From: Camelus ferus
Lineage: Eukaryota
Reading direction: 5' to 3'
DNA: 64,000 bases
NCBI RefSeq assembly: GCF_009834535.1
Contig: NC_045707.1
Coordinates: 48,796,001 to 48,860,000 of the forward strand
Shown here: piece by piece, positions 50,076 to 63,170 of the stretch
Layout of the letters: each line of letters opens with the position of its first letter
Position numbering within the stretch: position 1 is the stretch's first letter
Program-made: the position numbers and the translations under genes
The notes under the pieces: generated by a model
Databases searched by the model: none
Seen by the model: only the letters and a program-made list of their open reading frames with translations
Told to the model about the DNA's origin: nothing

Positions 50076-53000
50076 GTAAGTAACCATCAGGGTGCGTCTT
50101 TGACTAAGATGCTCATGGTTATTCAGTTTATTCTCTCTCTTTAAGAATAGCAACACTGTTTGGTTTTTCTTCCCTAACTCTTGTACCCTGAGATTTTTTT
50201 TTAGTGTATTTTCAAGTTTTGTCTGTTCACAGACAGTGTCAATGAACCAAGAAGTTCAGATCTTCAAACTGTAGATTGACAAGTGGACTTTAGTAATCTA
50301 CAGAGGGATACTACCTATTGGAGAGACTCAATGTCTCTCTCTTCTTTTACTCTGAGGAGATTCTGATATTTTTGCTTCACTGAATAGACATACTGAAGAA
50401 GGTGCACCAGACACAAGCAACCTCATGAATAGTAGTAGAAGGAATACAATTTAGGAGGTATCAGAAAGGCACCTCTGTCCTAAAAACCATGATCACACTA
50501 ATTAGAGTTTCCCGCTTCAGATCAGTGGGTGTCTCACCTTTAGAGTACACAGCTGAGTGGCTCCACCCTAGAGCTTCTGATTGAATAGGTCTGGTGGGAT
50601 CCGAGATTTTTCATTTGTAACAAGTTCCCTAGGGATGCTGAGACTGCTGTTCTGGGGAGCATGCATTGGGAACCGATACTGTAGTTTAAGACTTTGCTCA
50701 ATTAAAATTGAAACAAACGTCCCTGGCAGTTGGCAACTCCTTTGGACAAATGACAACCAGCAAGGTAGCATACCCACCCCTTTCCCTGAAAATAGCTTTT
50801 GATAAGAAAGAGAGAAATGAGTGCAAAGTGCCTTGGAGGCAGAGGTGCCACCAAGGGAAGAAGTGGTTATAGAAAGAAGAGGTTGGAAACATTAAAGGCA
50901 AACTTGGCATCTTCACAATTATGCCTGAGACCAGACTGACCCTGGTGTAAAAGTGGACAATATCTCGGTCCAACCACAAGGGTGTTAGTACCAGCTGGAA
51001 GTTCTCCATGCATTCTCAACCCTAGCACAATCCCTTTAGGAAGATAATCTTGAGGCGATTCAGAACAACCTTATAAAATACATTCCTAAAGTGAGAATCT
51101 GTTGGATGGTTGATAGGAAAATAACACAGATAATTGTCAGAAGGCATTGCTGCCTGGTTATTACTCATTAGTTTTCTTTAAGCAAACAGTTACATAAACA
51201 TGCCATTTATAAGAATAGACTATTTTTCCACTGGTTATTCAATTTTTCTTCAAACAGTATACTTAAGTATAAAATCCTGGAACTAAAGAGCAGGCTGCTA
51301 CCACACCACTGAGTTTTCCATGGTGATGAGACACATTGTTTAATCTTATAGTTAAAGTAGAAGATGCAACGGAAAAAAAAAATGTTAATAGCTAGGTCTG
51401 TTTCATTGAAGCAAATAGTAGAACAGCCAGTATCAACCCATATAGATACAATTTTTTTTTTCTAGAAGAAAAGTTCTGTGCTTCTACAGGTGGATTCCTT
51501 ATCTGACAACAAAAGTCCCACTGACATTTGATGTAAGAAGTTAATTTAAAGTGATTCCACATAGAGCCCTGTTTGTGAATTGGGGATTCCCCTGGGGATT
51601 TGAGACAGGGTATTCAGGGGTGAGGGAGCAACATTCAACATACAATTGGGCACCTATGCTTGGCATTTACAGAATTATACAAAGAGGACTCTGTTCTTCC
51701 ACTCACTCTTTAGAGAGTTTTTTCAGAGTGTTTTCTCATATATTTCTATTTTTCAATTGTCCTCATCCCTCATTGTGCATCAGAATTACCTGGACAGCTT
51801 ATAAAACCCAGGTTTCTGGGCTCTAGCCTCCTCCTTTTTCTGAAAAAAAGAGAAACTGAGGCTCAGCTAGGTGAGGCTGTTTTCCCAAGGACAGAGGATA
51901 AACATAATAGCCAGGATCTGAGCCCAAGATTTCCCATTTTAGGTGTTTTTTCCCACTCCTACATTATAATCATAGCACATTTCTCTTCAATCCCCGAAAT
52001 ACAAGATTTAAGATAAATTTCTATAAATAGAGGTAAGAAACATTTTAATAGCAACTACATCAACAAAGAGAAATTGATTGACTTGCTTCTTAATGTAGAT
52101 ATCAGGGATGGTCATTCTATATTCCAAGAAAATAAACGTAAAAGAAGAATTTTTCTGGCAAGAATTATTGGCTCACCAATGTATCATACTGTGTTAAACT
52201 AACTGTTAAAGTACTTAGTTCTTTTTACCACATAATCTACTCTAGCTGTTAATAAAGTGGTTTCCAAGAAATGTATCTTTTATATGAAGAGTTCTCAGAA
52301 TTTATAGGACAGTGAAATTTTCTTATGCAAAACGATTTCTTCTGAAAATTTTAGGGGACTTAAAATTTGGCAAAAAACGTTATCTATTCAAAAGAGTTCC
52401 TTCTTGGTAACTCTTCTCAGAAACATTATAATTAACTTATGAAAATATAATTTAATTTAAAACACTTGTTTTTACATTCTGTTCATTCAGACATGCGTGG
52501 ATGGTGACAGGGCTAAGGAAATGACCTATCCAAAGGGACGTAATCTCTCCAGCAGGCAAGGAAAACTGTAGAGCAGGAAATGGACTAGGCAGCTGAACCC
52601 GGTGCACACCCCCTTACCTGTCTGAACCACTGTTCAGCAATGCTCATCTGGGGAGCATAATAATATTGCCTGATAAGGGCTGTGTGATGATAAAGTGATT
52701 ATGTGAAGAAATATAACTTGATGAACACAGATCTGTTACACAAATCCAAGTCATTATTTTTAGCAAGTTGAATTCACAAAATGGCATAAGATCAGAGCAA
52801 AGCACCCTCACTGTAAGTATAAAGTCCTTCAAAATGAGTCAGTATGCACCAACGGGACACAAAGGAAAGCCACTGCCAAAGTTAGGTGGGCCTTATCTTC
52901 TAAGGGACCATCTCTCGCTCAAAACAGTTTCAAAATAGGATTTAAAGGGAGTACATGGAATCATGGTTGAGATCAGCTATTGTGCACACTTCTCAGAATT

Positions 53001-53797
53001 TTGCTGGCTTAACAGTCTTCTCTCCTGAATGTTCCTAAATCTCAGTACAGACGTCGATGCCAAGGGCTCTGCTCCAAGGCAGGTGCATGATTTCTCACAT
53101 CCTAACCCTGTGAAAAGGCTGACGAGGTATTTCCTGGCTTGAATTTTTGTAATTCAATTCTTGGCAAATGTTTCCTTTCCAATTATATGAACTTAAGTAT
53201 GGCAATTCAAGGTTGTTTTCTGCAAGTACCACATATATAAAGTTATATTAACTATACATTTAAAAAACCTTGTCATGTACTATTAGTTTGAGTGTTTGCA
53301 TTTTTAAGGTAATTTTCAAGCACTTTCTCTAGTAATAGACCGATTTTCTACTTTCGCATCCATCAATCCACCCATCCACCTACCCATTCTTTCACTACCA
53401 GCTCTGAACCATTGCCTCTGACTCTAATGCCCAAATACCACCTTCCTCATTCTATAATAAACTAATCATGCCATAGCTACCTTGCCAAGGGTAGAAAACA
53501 AGTGATATATCTTACACATCTCTGTTTCCATCACAGCTTTTAACAGTATGTCTTTTCTAGTGCTCTGTATTAAGAATAACAATATATAGACTGGGATGAC
53601 TAGACATTTTTTCAGGGTTACTTTCATTAAACAGATATACATAACTTCCAACTTGCAAAGAAAGCGTTTGTTTCTCTTTAACTTTCACAGACAAGGCCAC
53701 GAGGCCCTCCATCAGACTGTTGTCATAGCTTCTTGGTCTCCCCACCCACAGTCTCTTGTGTTCCATTCATTCATTCGTGCTATCTTTGTCTCCGCAG

Positions 53798-53973
53798 ACG
53801 TTAACGTCTCTGTAATATGTCCTGCCCTTCCTACCACACTGCCTGCAGAACAAGATTCCTTCAGTTACGGACCTCATCTTCGCTACCTCCGTCTGGATGG
53901 AAATGAAATCAAACCACCAATCCCCACGGATCTAATGACCTGCTTCAGGCTCCTTCAGGCTGTCATTATTTAA
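53798..53973 (+). CDS. KERA: Keratocan, coding part of exon 3 (total protein 353 aa)
   Basis: Acceptor ctccgcag| at 53797; reads (N)VNVSVICPALPTTLPAEQDSFSYGPHLRYLRLDGNEIKPPIPTDLMTCFRLLQAVII*. 886+176=1062 nt, in frame. Confidence 0.97.
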
Positions 53974-54750
53974 ACATGTCGTCAACAATCTTAAGTTGAT
54001 TTAATGAGCTAATAGTTCTGACATGAAATGACATGGTTACCATTCACAGGTTTAAGATAAAAATCACATTTCTAATGGTTTGTGGCCACCATTTTTATTT
54101 GTGTAGCTTATTTTTTTCTATTCAAAGTTGCTTTTGCCAATGATATGTAGCACAGCCTGCTTTTCTTTGATTAATAAAACAGACACAGAGTTAAGATAGT
54201 TTATCAACTCAAAGATAGTTTCTTTTTGTCTTTTTCACAGCTTACTAACACCAAGTAACGCAAATACACTGTTGTGGGATAGAAAGCACATATTTGTCTG
54301 CAAACGTTCAAAATTACTTATGCAGATACTATATTTACAGTATAAACACAGTACTCTAACAGGAGGTAGAAATTTCTAGAGAAAATGGAAAAAGGAGACA
54401 TTTCTTTATCATAGCTATTAAGGAATAATTAAATTCAGATTGTTAAGTAGCTTGTGTAAGTGTAAGTTTGCCATTTAGTCAAGAATGGGTATGAAATGCA
54501 TTGAATATTATATAAGAAAGTTCTAGTCATTTAATACTAAATAACAGAGCAACAGTCATTTTGAGTTCACTACTTCTTACAGCTGCTGTTCTTAGATATT
54601 GTACAATATACTGTAGCAATTAAACAAGTCCTAGGTTTTACATTTATTATAACACATTTCTGACAGAATCTTAGTGTTTTAACACTTGAAATCCACTTGA
54701 ATTGCAAATTGTTCAGTTCTTATATTTGCCAGTGTTTTCTGGACTTTTAA

Positions 54751-54846
54751 AATAAAAAGAGTGAATGCTTTCTAACAAAACAGAAGTAAAATATTTATTT
54801 CAGGAGGCTGATTCACAAGCTTTGTTAAGAATAAATTTTTAATAAA
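54751..54846 (+). terminator. KERA: Clustered KERA polyadenylation signals
   Basis: AATAAA at 54751, 54830 and 54841, plus a proximal one at 54173; the site actually used cannot be determined from sequence. Confidence 0.55.
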
Positions 54847-55814
54847 AAGTGTCATAGTAACAATTATTTCCATTTTTCCAGCATGAATATATTAAGATAT
54901 GTTTTTCTTCTACCCATTTTTCCTTTTTGACCCAGCAAACATAAGAAAAAATTATTTTCTAATCACTTGACATACCATACCTGTTTTTCATGAGTTAAAA
55001 AAATTAGGATCTTGTTAAAAAATCATGATTTTGTTAAGTACAAAGTGTAGTTTTCTTACACTTCTAATTTTGTTAGATACATGTTATTAACAATTAATAT
55101 TCCATATAGATTAACACATTCATTTATATATATTTCTAGACAGTATTCTGAAAAAGCCTATAAAATAGGATATACTTTGTAGAAATATAAAAAGGTTCAT
55201 ATACGTTTGTGAAACACCACATTAATGAAAGTTCAACATGTTACTTTAATCCAAGGCTTCTCAGAAACTTAATGTGTTATTCTGTTACGTGAATTCCCAA
55301 GAAGAAAACATAAAGTGCAGTGTTGACTGTGTATTTTCATACCAAAATGCATTTGGGGGTGGGAGGAAAGAACCAATGAACATACATTGAACAGTTTTTT
55401 AATACTGGCTGAAGGCAAAAAACCAAATTAGTTGACATTAAAAAGAATAATTTTAAAAGACTTTCAAAGCATATACAGAAAATTATATCATATAAAATTA
55501 TTCCATAAAAATACCGGTAACCAGGTATCATTAGGCTAGAATAAAAGAATCTGTTGAGAGAAACATAATAGCTTGAAATATCTGAAAACTTGCCATGTGA
55601 AAAAGGGGATAACACATATTCCAGGAAGCTCCAAAATGAAGAGCAAGCAGAACATATGGGTGAAATTTACAAGTAACCATATTTCAGCTCTAGCTAAGGA
55701 AGAATTTTCTGATAGTTGATCAAAGTCGTTTAGCAATGGAAGTAGCTTTTCTTGAGGTAGAGTTTCCTACCACCAGAAATGTTCAGACAGAGATGATTCA
55801 AGAGAAAGGATATA

Positions 55815-55948
55815 GTGCAGGGAATTATACCCATTATCTTGTAATAACCTATAATGAAATATAATCTGCAAAAATACCAAATCAGTATGCTGTACACTTG
55901 AAACTAACATAAATTGTAAATCAACTGTACTTCAATCTAAAATAAAAG
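55815..55948 (+). mobile_element. Short 5'-truncated L1 tail
   Basis: cagggaattatacccattatcttgtaataacctataatg...gtaaatcaactgtacttcaat plus A-rich tail; TSD agagaaaggatata (55801-55814) / agagaatggatata (55949-55962). Confidence 0.85.
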
Positions 55949-56089
55949 AGAGAATGGATATAAAAAGAATCCCTGATATGAAAGCAAAATTGTAAAATAT
56001 TCCTATTAGACCTTTCAACTCGAAGGATTTTCATCCATCCTTCCTTCTTTCTTTTCTTCCTTCCTCCTTGTCTTTTTTTCATTTATTTT

Positions 56090-57170
56090 ATAAGATATAT
56101 ATCGAGTGCCACATATATATATAGCAACTGTACTACACACTGGGAATGTTATAGTGTGCACAATTTATATGAAACATCAATTTACTGAATAATCACAAAA
56201 ATATGTAAAGTTTCATCTGTGATAAGTGCTATTAACAGAGAGCTGCATGGTGCAAAGGAATATGAAAGGATTCCCTAAAGAAATAATGATTAAGGAAACA
56301 CATAAAAGATGAGAAGTATTTAACAACACAAGGTAAGAGGGAAGAATATTCTAGGTAACATTTAAAGACTTTACGGTCTCTAGGAACAATTTAGAAGTTA
56401 CTGAAGAGGTTTTAAGTCATAAGAGAATATGTTCACTGAGAGGTAATCATGTAGTGGTAGACAACATTAACACTGAAGCTAAAACATTGCTGCTTTCAAA
56501 TACCAGCATCACTGTTCTGTGGTCCTGGGCAGGATCTTTAAATTTCTGTGCCTCAGTTTGTTCTAACCTGTAAAATGAGGACGAGTGGTAGCACCTAAAT
56601 TATGGTGAGAATTAAGTGAGTTAGAACAATGTAAAGTGTCTTGAATAGTGCAGGATACATGGCATAGTAAGCATTAAGTAAGTGTTTGTTATTACCATTG
56701 GGGCCATATGTATACAATATAAATAGAGATATGTACTAGATATATATAGATATGTGCATACATACACGTTTGCAAAAGTTTCTTCTTGATGCAGTGAGTG
56801 AAACAATTTGGAGGGGATCAAGACTAGTTGTGAGAAGATCAGTTAGGATTTTAATATAAATTAGCAAAAGGAAAGGTATTTTGAAGTATAACATCACTGA
56901 TTATGGTGGTAGAAACAGAAGTGGACAAAGGTGAGGGAATCAGGAGGTAAAACCATCTGAATTTGATGGTCGATTGGACAGGTGGAAATGAGAGCAAGGA
57001 GGTGTGAAGGACTCTGTGTGCATAATTGAATAGATGGAGGTACATTTTCCACAGGGAATGTGTCTAGAGGAGAAGATCATGAGTTTGTTTTTAGACATGG
57101 TTAGCTTGAAATTATTTTGATTTATCCAAGAGGAGATGTCATGTAAGTGGTTGAATGATGACTATGAGAG
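56090..57170 (-). mobile_element. L2 fragment with nested MIR
   Basis: Antisense L2 motifs (gataagtgctat, agaatattctaggt, gagtttgtttttagacatggttagcttga, atccaagaggagatgtc). Confidence 0.65.
56440..56700 (+). mobile_element. MIR SINE (near full length)
   Basis: tgtggtcctgggcagga..ttctgtgcctcagtttg..cctgtaaaatgagga..gtgagaattaagtgagttag..atgtaaagtg. Confidence 0.85.
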
Positions 57171-57915
57171 GCCTGGATAGGTATGTAAACATAGAGGTGA
57201 AATTTTCTAAATTTTATTAACATTTCCAATAATTCTGGAAGAATTCTGCATTTAAATATTCATGGTCCCATGAGGTAAGACTGAGTCAGGAACAGAGCAT
57301 GCATTAGAGAATGAACACATAATTCTAAGTATTAACATACGAAGCTGTGAGGAATCAAATGAGCTTTCTACTAGCAATTCTTTTTATTTTTTAATTTTTT
57401 AAAATATCCACACAAAATTACTAGACTGTCCTTACGATTCACAAATAATCTGCTGTTCCATTTTTTGATGTATACATTGTGACTACTAAAACAAAATCAA
57501 GAAAAATAGTGAGGGTATAAACTGAAGCCATTTTTAAAATGATGGGATCATAATAAATGTTCAAGCTCTCATTTACAGCCCTAACGAAAACACCGAACAA
57601 GACAAAACAACATTATCCATGATCTCTCCATGTAAATATCATGAACTTATAGGCAAAAAGAAAAAAGGCAGTATCCAATGATATTTTCAAATGATAATGT
57701 TTAGAAAAATAAAAATGGACTTATGCTGGCTGTGATGGTAGAAATTCTACAACAGAATTGTTTTATTTGGTTCCCCCCTCACAAAAAGACAAAAAACCAA
57801 AAACCTAGAACAACTGATATGGTGAAAAGAAATTCCCAGATGACATCTTTGAAAAAAACTGGTGTCAATCCAATTAATTCCCCAAAATGACTGAACATAA
57901 ATGTGTGTGTAGATA

Positions 57916-57964
57916 CTGATAGATAGATAATAGACAGAAAGATAGATAGACAGACAGACAGAGA
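57916..57964 (+). repeat. Imperfect (GATA)/(GACA)n tetranucleotide repeat
   Basis: gatagatagataatagacagaaagatagatagacagacagacaga. Confidence 0.8.
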
Positions 57965-58249
57965 AATATATATAGATGTTTAAAGTGTTCTAAAGACCAT
58001 GCATTGGCAAGGAGGAGTGTAAATTTTATTGGTTAAAGTTAGGAGTATATATCACATATAAAGTTAACCACAATATATAGGTAAAGAATGCATAACTGTC
58101 AAACAAATAGAAGGAAAAATAGGATGACAAAAGGTATTTGTTGAGTCCAAGAAACAGCAAGAAGAGAAAGTTTAAAAAAAGGACAAGTAGAAAGCATATA
58201 ATAGTGCATTTGAAGCCATGTATATTGATAATTACATGGTACAGCTGTT

Positions 58250-58480
58250 GGGAACTTGTGTTTTGGAGAAAAAAGATTGAGTTTCATATCCTGCCTGTGC
58301 CACTTACTAACTCTTTGATCTTTAGAAAATGTCTTAACAGTTCTAAGCACTGGATCTCATCTGCAAAATGGGGAACAATATCAACTATCTTACGCTTTTG
58401 CTATGAGGGTAAGAGAAAGAACAGATGTGCAGTTCTTGTCACCTGACACATAGAAAGTACCCAATAACTGATGAGTAGAA
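58250..58480 (+). mobile_element. MIR SINE
   Basis: tcctgcctgtgccacttactaactctttgatcttt..ctcatctgcaaaatggggaacaata..cctgacacatagaaagtacccaataa. Confidence 0.75.
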
Positions 58481-60063
58481 GTATCATTAGCAGACACAGC
58501 AATACACAAAATTGCACACAATTTCTCTAAACAAGACCATTTTACAAATAAGGAACTAAGAAGAATGATTGAGCGGATCCAAGCTACAGGTTTTAAGTTT
58601 TGATGCGATGACAGGGAATAGTCCAATGGCATTGAGAGTTAAGGAATGGGGCCAGTGAACCGTGAGATTGAAGTTGGATAGTGAAGGAAATAAAATCAGG
58701 ATGGATAGGTAAATTGGGAGGAAAAGACTGAAACAGAGTTTGAGGGGAATTTCAGAATACACGACCTGGAAGAAAAAGAGTGATCTGAGCTTAGGAGACT
58801 ACACCTTAAAATGTCTTAAGTAGCCCAGTGCTAAGTAATGAGATTTTGGGTGTGCCCCTAGGAAGGAACCAGTAAAATAAAGAGGAAGTGAATGTCACCG
58901 AGGTCAAAGAGTCCAAAGAAGTATGATTTTGGAAGAATATCAGATGCAAGTGCTTCTAGTTTATTTTAGCACCCTGGAATCAGAGGGGAGTCAACACAAA
59001 ATGACAAAAATTTCGAATAATACAAATAGCTTAAGTATCTTGCTCAATGTCATGGAGCTGTGAATGACAGACACAGGGTTTAAACCTAGGTTGTCTGGCT
59101 TCAGAGCTTCTGTTTTTGACCACTGTGTTATACCACCTCTCATTATAAAATATGCCATTATGGTTGAAAAAAGAGTAACAAAATTAGTTTAAGATATTAC
59201 ATATATACCTACAGCAATTGATTATTAACACACTGATTTAAAAGTTATTGTGTACTATGAAATGATATTTTGCACAACATCTGAAGCATTGCATATATTG
59301 AAGGCAATTCATAATTTAGCAAAACAACAAAATGTTACATTTACCAAAAAACTGTAGGGAATTTTTGTCTTTATGCACATGAGACAGATCTTGGGACTAC
59401 CTTGCTCAGAACATTTCTGTACTGGGAAAAGAACAAAAATGATACAGTATGAGCATGTTGTAGAATTCAAAACTGTTAGGTAAATAGAACACATAATTTG
59501 TAAAATCGCAGGATTATTATCTTGAATTTTTAATTTATTGTCCTACATTTGGAAAAATATCACTTTCTTTGTGACATTCAGCTGAGTAAACACAATTCAA
59601 GTGTAAAAAAAAAAGAGAGAGAGACTCACTGTCAGTTCTTAAAGATTTCTTAAGACAAGTTAAAATTGTCCTGGAAAAAGATCAGAACAGTAAAATGACT
59701 AGCAGGAGTGCCTTTTGCAAAAGCCATCAGCAGAGCTACCCATGGTGTATGTAATAGTGCCAGGGTTTGTTTCCAACAGGGCAAGAGCCCTGCCATATAT
59801 TCCATTTGCTGGCCTCCAGCCTGCATTAAAAGTGACATAACAAAGCTGTTGGTTAGTAGGAATACAGACTGGGAACACTATCCAGGTTGAGAAGCAGAAA
59901 CACTGCCTTCAGAGAGATGGAAAGAGAGATGGAGCAAATGTATTTTCTACACAAGATTAGCAAATTTAGATCATATACTGTTTTTATATAGTTAGGAGGA
60001 TAGGGACAGAAAGTGATTTGGGTGACTCAGTGGTTTCTAATGTATTAAAATCAAGGTTAGTGA

Positions 60064-60131
60064 CAGAAATTGACACATTGTAATTGACTGCACTTCAATT
60101 AAAAAATAAAAATAAATTTAAAAAATTTTTA
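60064..60131 (+). mobile_element. Ultra-short L1 3' tail insertion
   Basis: cagaaattgacacattgtaattgactgcacttcaatt plus A-rich tail, near-identical to the end of the 3579-3885 element; TSD aaaatcaaggttagtga (60047-60063) / aaaatcaaggctggtga (60132-60148). Confidence 0.9.
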
Positions 60132-60148
60132 AAAATCAAGGCTGGTGA

Positions 60149-60400
60149 GGTACAGTAGGTAGTAAGAGCACCAATGATGTAGAGTCAGATAAAAATGAAT
60201 TTGAATCCTAGATCTGCTAAGGGAAACTGAGCAAGTTACTCAAAGTTTTTGATCGCTGGTTCTTTAACTGCAGTAGGCAGAGAATAATTTGTACTTTATA
60301 TGCTAGTCCTCTGAGGACTAGAAATAGTGTATTTAAGATGCCTAGACTATAGTAGGTGCTCAACAAATACGACTATAATCAGTAGTATTTTTGATATTAT
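60149..60400 (+). mobile_element. MIR SINE
   Basis: tagagtcaga..tttgaatcctagatctgc..gagcaagttact..atagtaggtgctcaacaaat. Confidence 0.7.
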
Positions 60401-60727
60401 TATTATTTGAGGTTCTCAAGCAAAAATATGCTAAAGAAGTTTTAGACAGTAATATATCTGTAAGGAATATGTGATAAAGCAAACATAGCAAAATGAGACT
60501 GATAGAGTCCAAAGGCTCAGATTATAGACATTCACTGTAAAAATTCTTCCAATTTCGTTGTTTGAAAATTTTTGTAATAAAATTTTAGAAAACATACATG
60601 GAGGCAGAAAAAGATCTTGATAATTGATTAGTTCTTTCTCACTCATACTATCTTAATGGTCTGTAGAGGCTCCAAAAGACTAATTATAATATGAGCCTAT
60701 TAAAATCTTAAATGCAAATTTCTTTAT

Positions 60728-61153
60728 TGTAGTAGAGAGTTTCAATGTTCCCTCATCTATTTTCTTCTTTTTCTTGACACACTGAAGGATTAAACTTTCC
60801 TGTCTCCTTGAAAGAAAGAAGAAATGCCGTATGATAAGTTCTGGTCACTGGTCAATCAGGCATCACTTCCGGATCAAAGGATTCCATTGCTGAGGTGCAA
60901 CCCTCCCTTCCATTCTGCTATGGTGAGGAGGGGGAATGTGCGCATGTTCCAGGTTCCCATGGTAGTGGGTCTGGGCTGCCACTCTTGTCAGCTCCTCTGT
61001 AGCTCTCTGGGGGATTCCTCAGGATGGAGCTGCCCTGCTGACTGCTACAGGCACAGATAGCATTTGAGAGAAAGTAACTTTTTGGGGGGTATTAAGCCAT
61101 TGAAATTTGTGGTATCTGCTATCATGGCATAACAGCCTATCCTTAATGATTCA
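60728..61153 (+). mobile_element. Old MLT1 (J/I-like) MaLR LTR
   Basis: TG start; aaactttcctgtctccttg..ataagttctggtca..catcacttccgg; 3' end ttaagccattgaaatttg..catggcataacagcctatcct..atgattca. Confidence 0.65.
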
Positions 61154-62760
61154 TTCATATTCTGCGTAACTGTTCAGTGATGTAAATTGATAGATTTTGA
61201 AAACTTGGTGCTATATAATTAGCATAATATTTGCACCTTAATTTTGTATTTCTTACCAAATGATACATGAGCTTGGTAAAAATCAGCTAAGAAAACTACC
61301 CCACCCCACCCCCAAAAAAAACCCACGATGATTTCCTGCCCCATTCTTTCAATTCCAGTCCAATTCTCTAGAAACAATACTTCAAATATTTACTGGTTTG
61401 AGTTTTTTCCACATTGCTGCTTTAACATGTTTTTATTTCTCTGATTTTAAGCAAGTTTAAGCATTCGTCACTGACTCTGTTATAGAATATCATTTAGCAT
61501 ACTCACACCGACCTACTCTCTATTTCCTATATTTTGGTAGCTATCTTATTATTTCTATTTCTTAACTTAGGTAATAAACTTGAATTTTAAAAAATGCAGT
61601 TCTATTTCTGGTTTCAACAACTCTGTAAAATCATCTCAACTTTTTTCTATGTGAAAAGAGAACCCTTTTTTCTACTCTGCCATGATCTTCTAGTAAATAT
61701 ATCTTTAACTTCATGGTCAAAATTGTTCAAGTTTACCCTTTACTAAACATTAACTAGATTTTCCATGCATTGCCTGTAAACTGCTTCTAAAATGTGAAAG
61801 TTTAAAAAAGATGGTTAAAAAAGAGTATAATGAGTATATAAATATCTTTTTTGCAAGGTTAAGATAAGAGATGGGCTTCTTTTCTACATCCATCTCTCAG
61901 TAACTATTGAAATGTAACTTTGTCTTCTCTGACACATGCTCATTGTCTTTCCACTGTCATCCAAAGAGATGCTGAAATCTGCCATTCACGGTTGACCTCT
62001 TCCTCAATCCTCTTAGCTGTAATGGATTTATTTCTTTTAAAAATTCTGCATGATGATTTCAATGGGATCCTGGGGAGATGTGAGACAAATACGCTTAGAC
62101 AGTATCTTCTCTGTCCATCATTACCCGACTAAAGACCTAATGATATGCAGTTGTTTGAAATCTTCTACCTAGAGTGTCTACATCAGTTCTGGGATGAGAT
62201 AAATGTTTGAAGTAGGAAGGAAAAGATTTAGGGAAAGCAGAAGGAAGCGGGAGTTGAAAGTAAAGATGAATAGAGTGTCATGAAGGAGCCACAGCAGGAG
62301 GGAAAGGAATTCTGCAGTCTTCTGGGTCATGTGACTGCGGTGACTGAATCTAAACAAGCTTTGACAATGTTTCAGCTTGCAAGTGTACAGGTAGGTACTC
62401 ATTTCACGTTGGGAGTAAATACTGTGTATGCTGTTAGTAAAATCACATTGCTCCATTGGGTCTACATATACAACTTTGCTCTAATGTCCCACAATAATAA
62501 TCTAGCAACCCCTCTACACCACATCTCCACAAATTTTCACTCCCTGTATGCCTGATATTTGTAAACTTCCTCTTTTCTCTAATGACAAGATTTTGCTCTT
62601 CAGTTAAATATTGAAATTACCATATAGCTTCCTCCTACTTTTTTTAAAATTTATGAAACTCCAAAAAGCTTATATTTGATTGTCACTCTTTCTAAATTTA
62701 CAGCTAAATGTGTTTCTCCTTTTAAAACATTAAAATCTTTATATTCCTGAGATTGGAGGT

Positions 62761-63170
62761 TATATTTGTTTGCCAGGGCCGCCAAACAAAAGACCACAGA
62801 ATGGGTAGCTTAGACAAAAAAAAAATATTTTTCACAGTTTTGAAAGCTGGAAGTCAAAGGTCAAGGTGTTGGCAGGTTTGATTTCTCCTGAGGCCTCTCT
62901 CCTTGGCTTGCAGATGGCCACCTTGTCCTGTGTCTTCCCCTCACGTGGTCCTTCTCTTGTGCACATGAAATCCTGGTGTCACTCAGGGTGTTCAAATTTC
63001 CTCCTCTCAGAAATACACCAGTCAGGTTAGATAAGAAACTACCCTAAAAAAGTTGTTTTTTAACTGAATCACCTTTTTAAAGAACTTGTCTCCAAATACA
63101 GTCCATTCTGATGTACTGGGGATTATGGCTTTAACATGTATGTTTGGACCACACAATTCAGTCTGTAACA
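62761..63170 (-). mobile_element. MLT1B-like MaLR solo LTR (full length)
   Basis: cacagttttgaaagctggaagtcaaaggtcaaggtgttggcagg..gaggcctctctccttggcttgcagatggccacctt..tctccaaatacagtc.cattctga.gtactggg..acacaattcagtctgtaaca is antisense MLT1A/B. Confidence 0.9.

Noticed and set aside
53596..53797. N-terminal part of the 125-aa ORF 53596-53973
   Set aside because: Intronic read-through upstream of the exon-3 acceptor at 53797.
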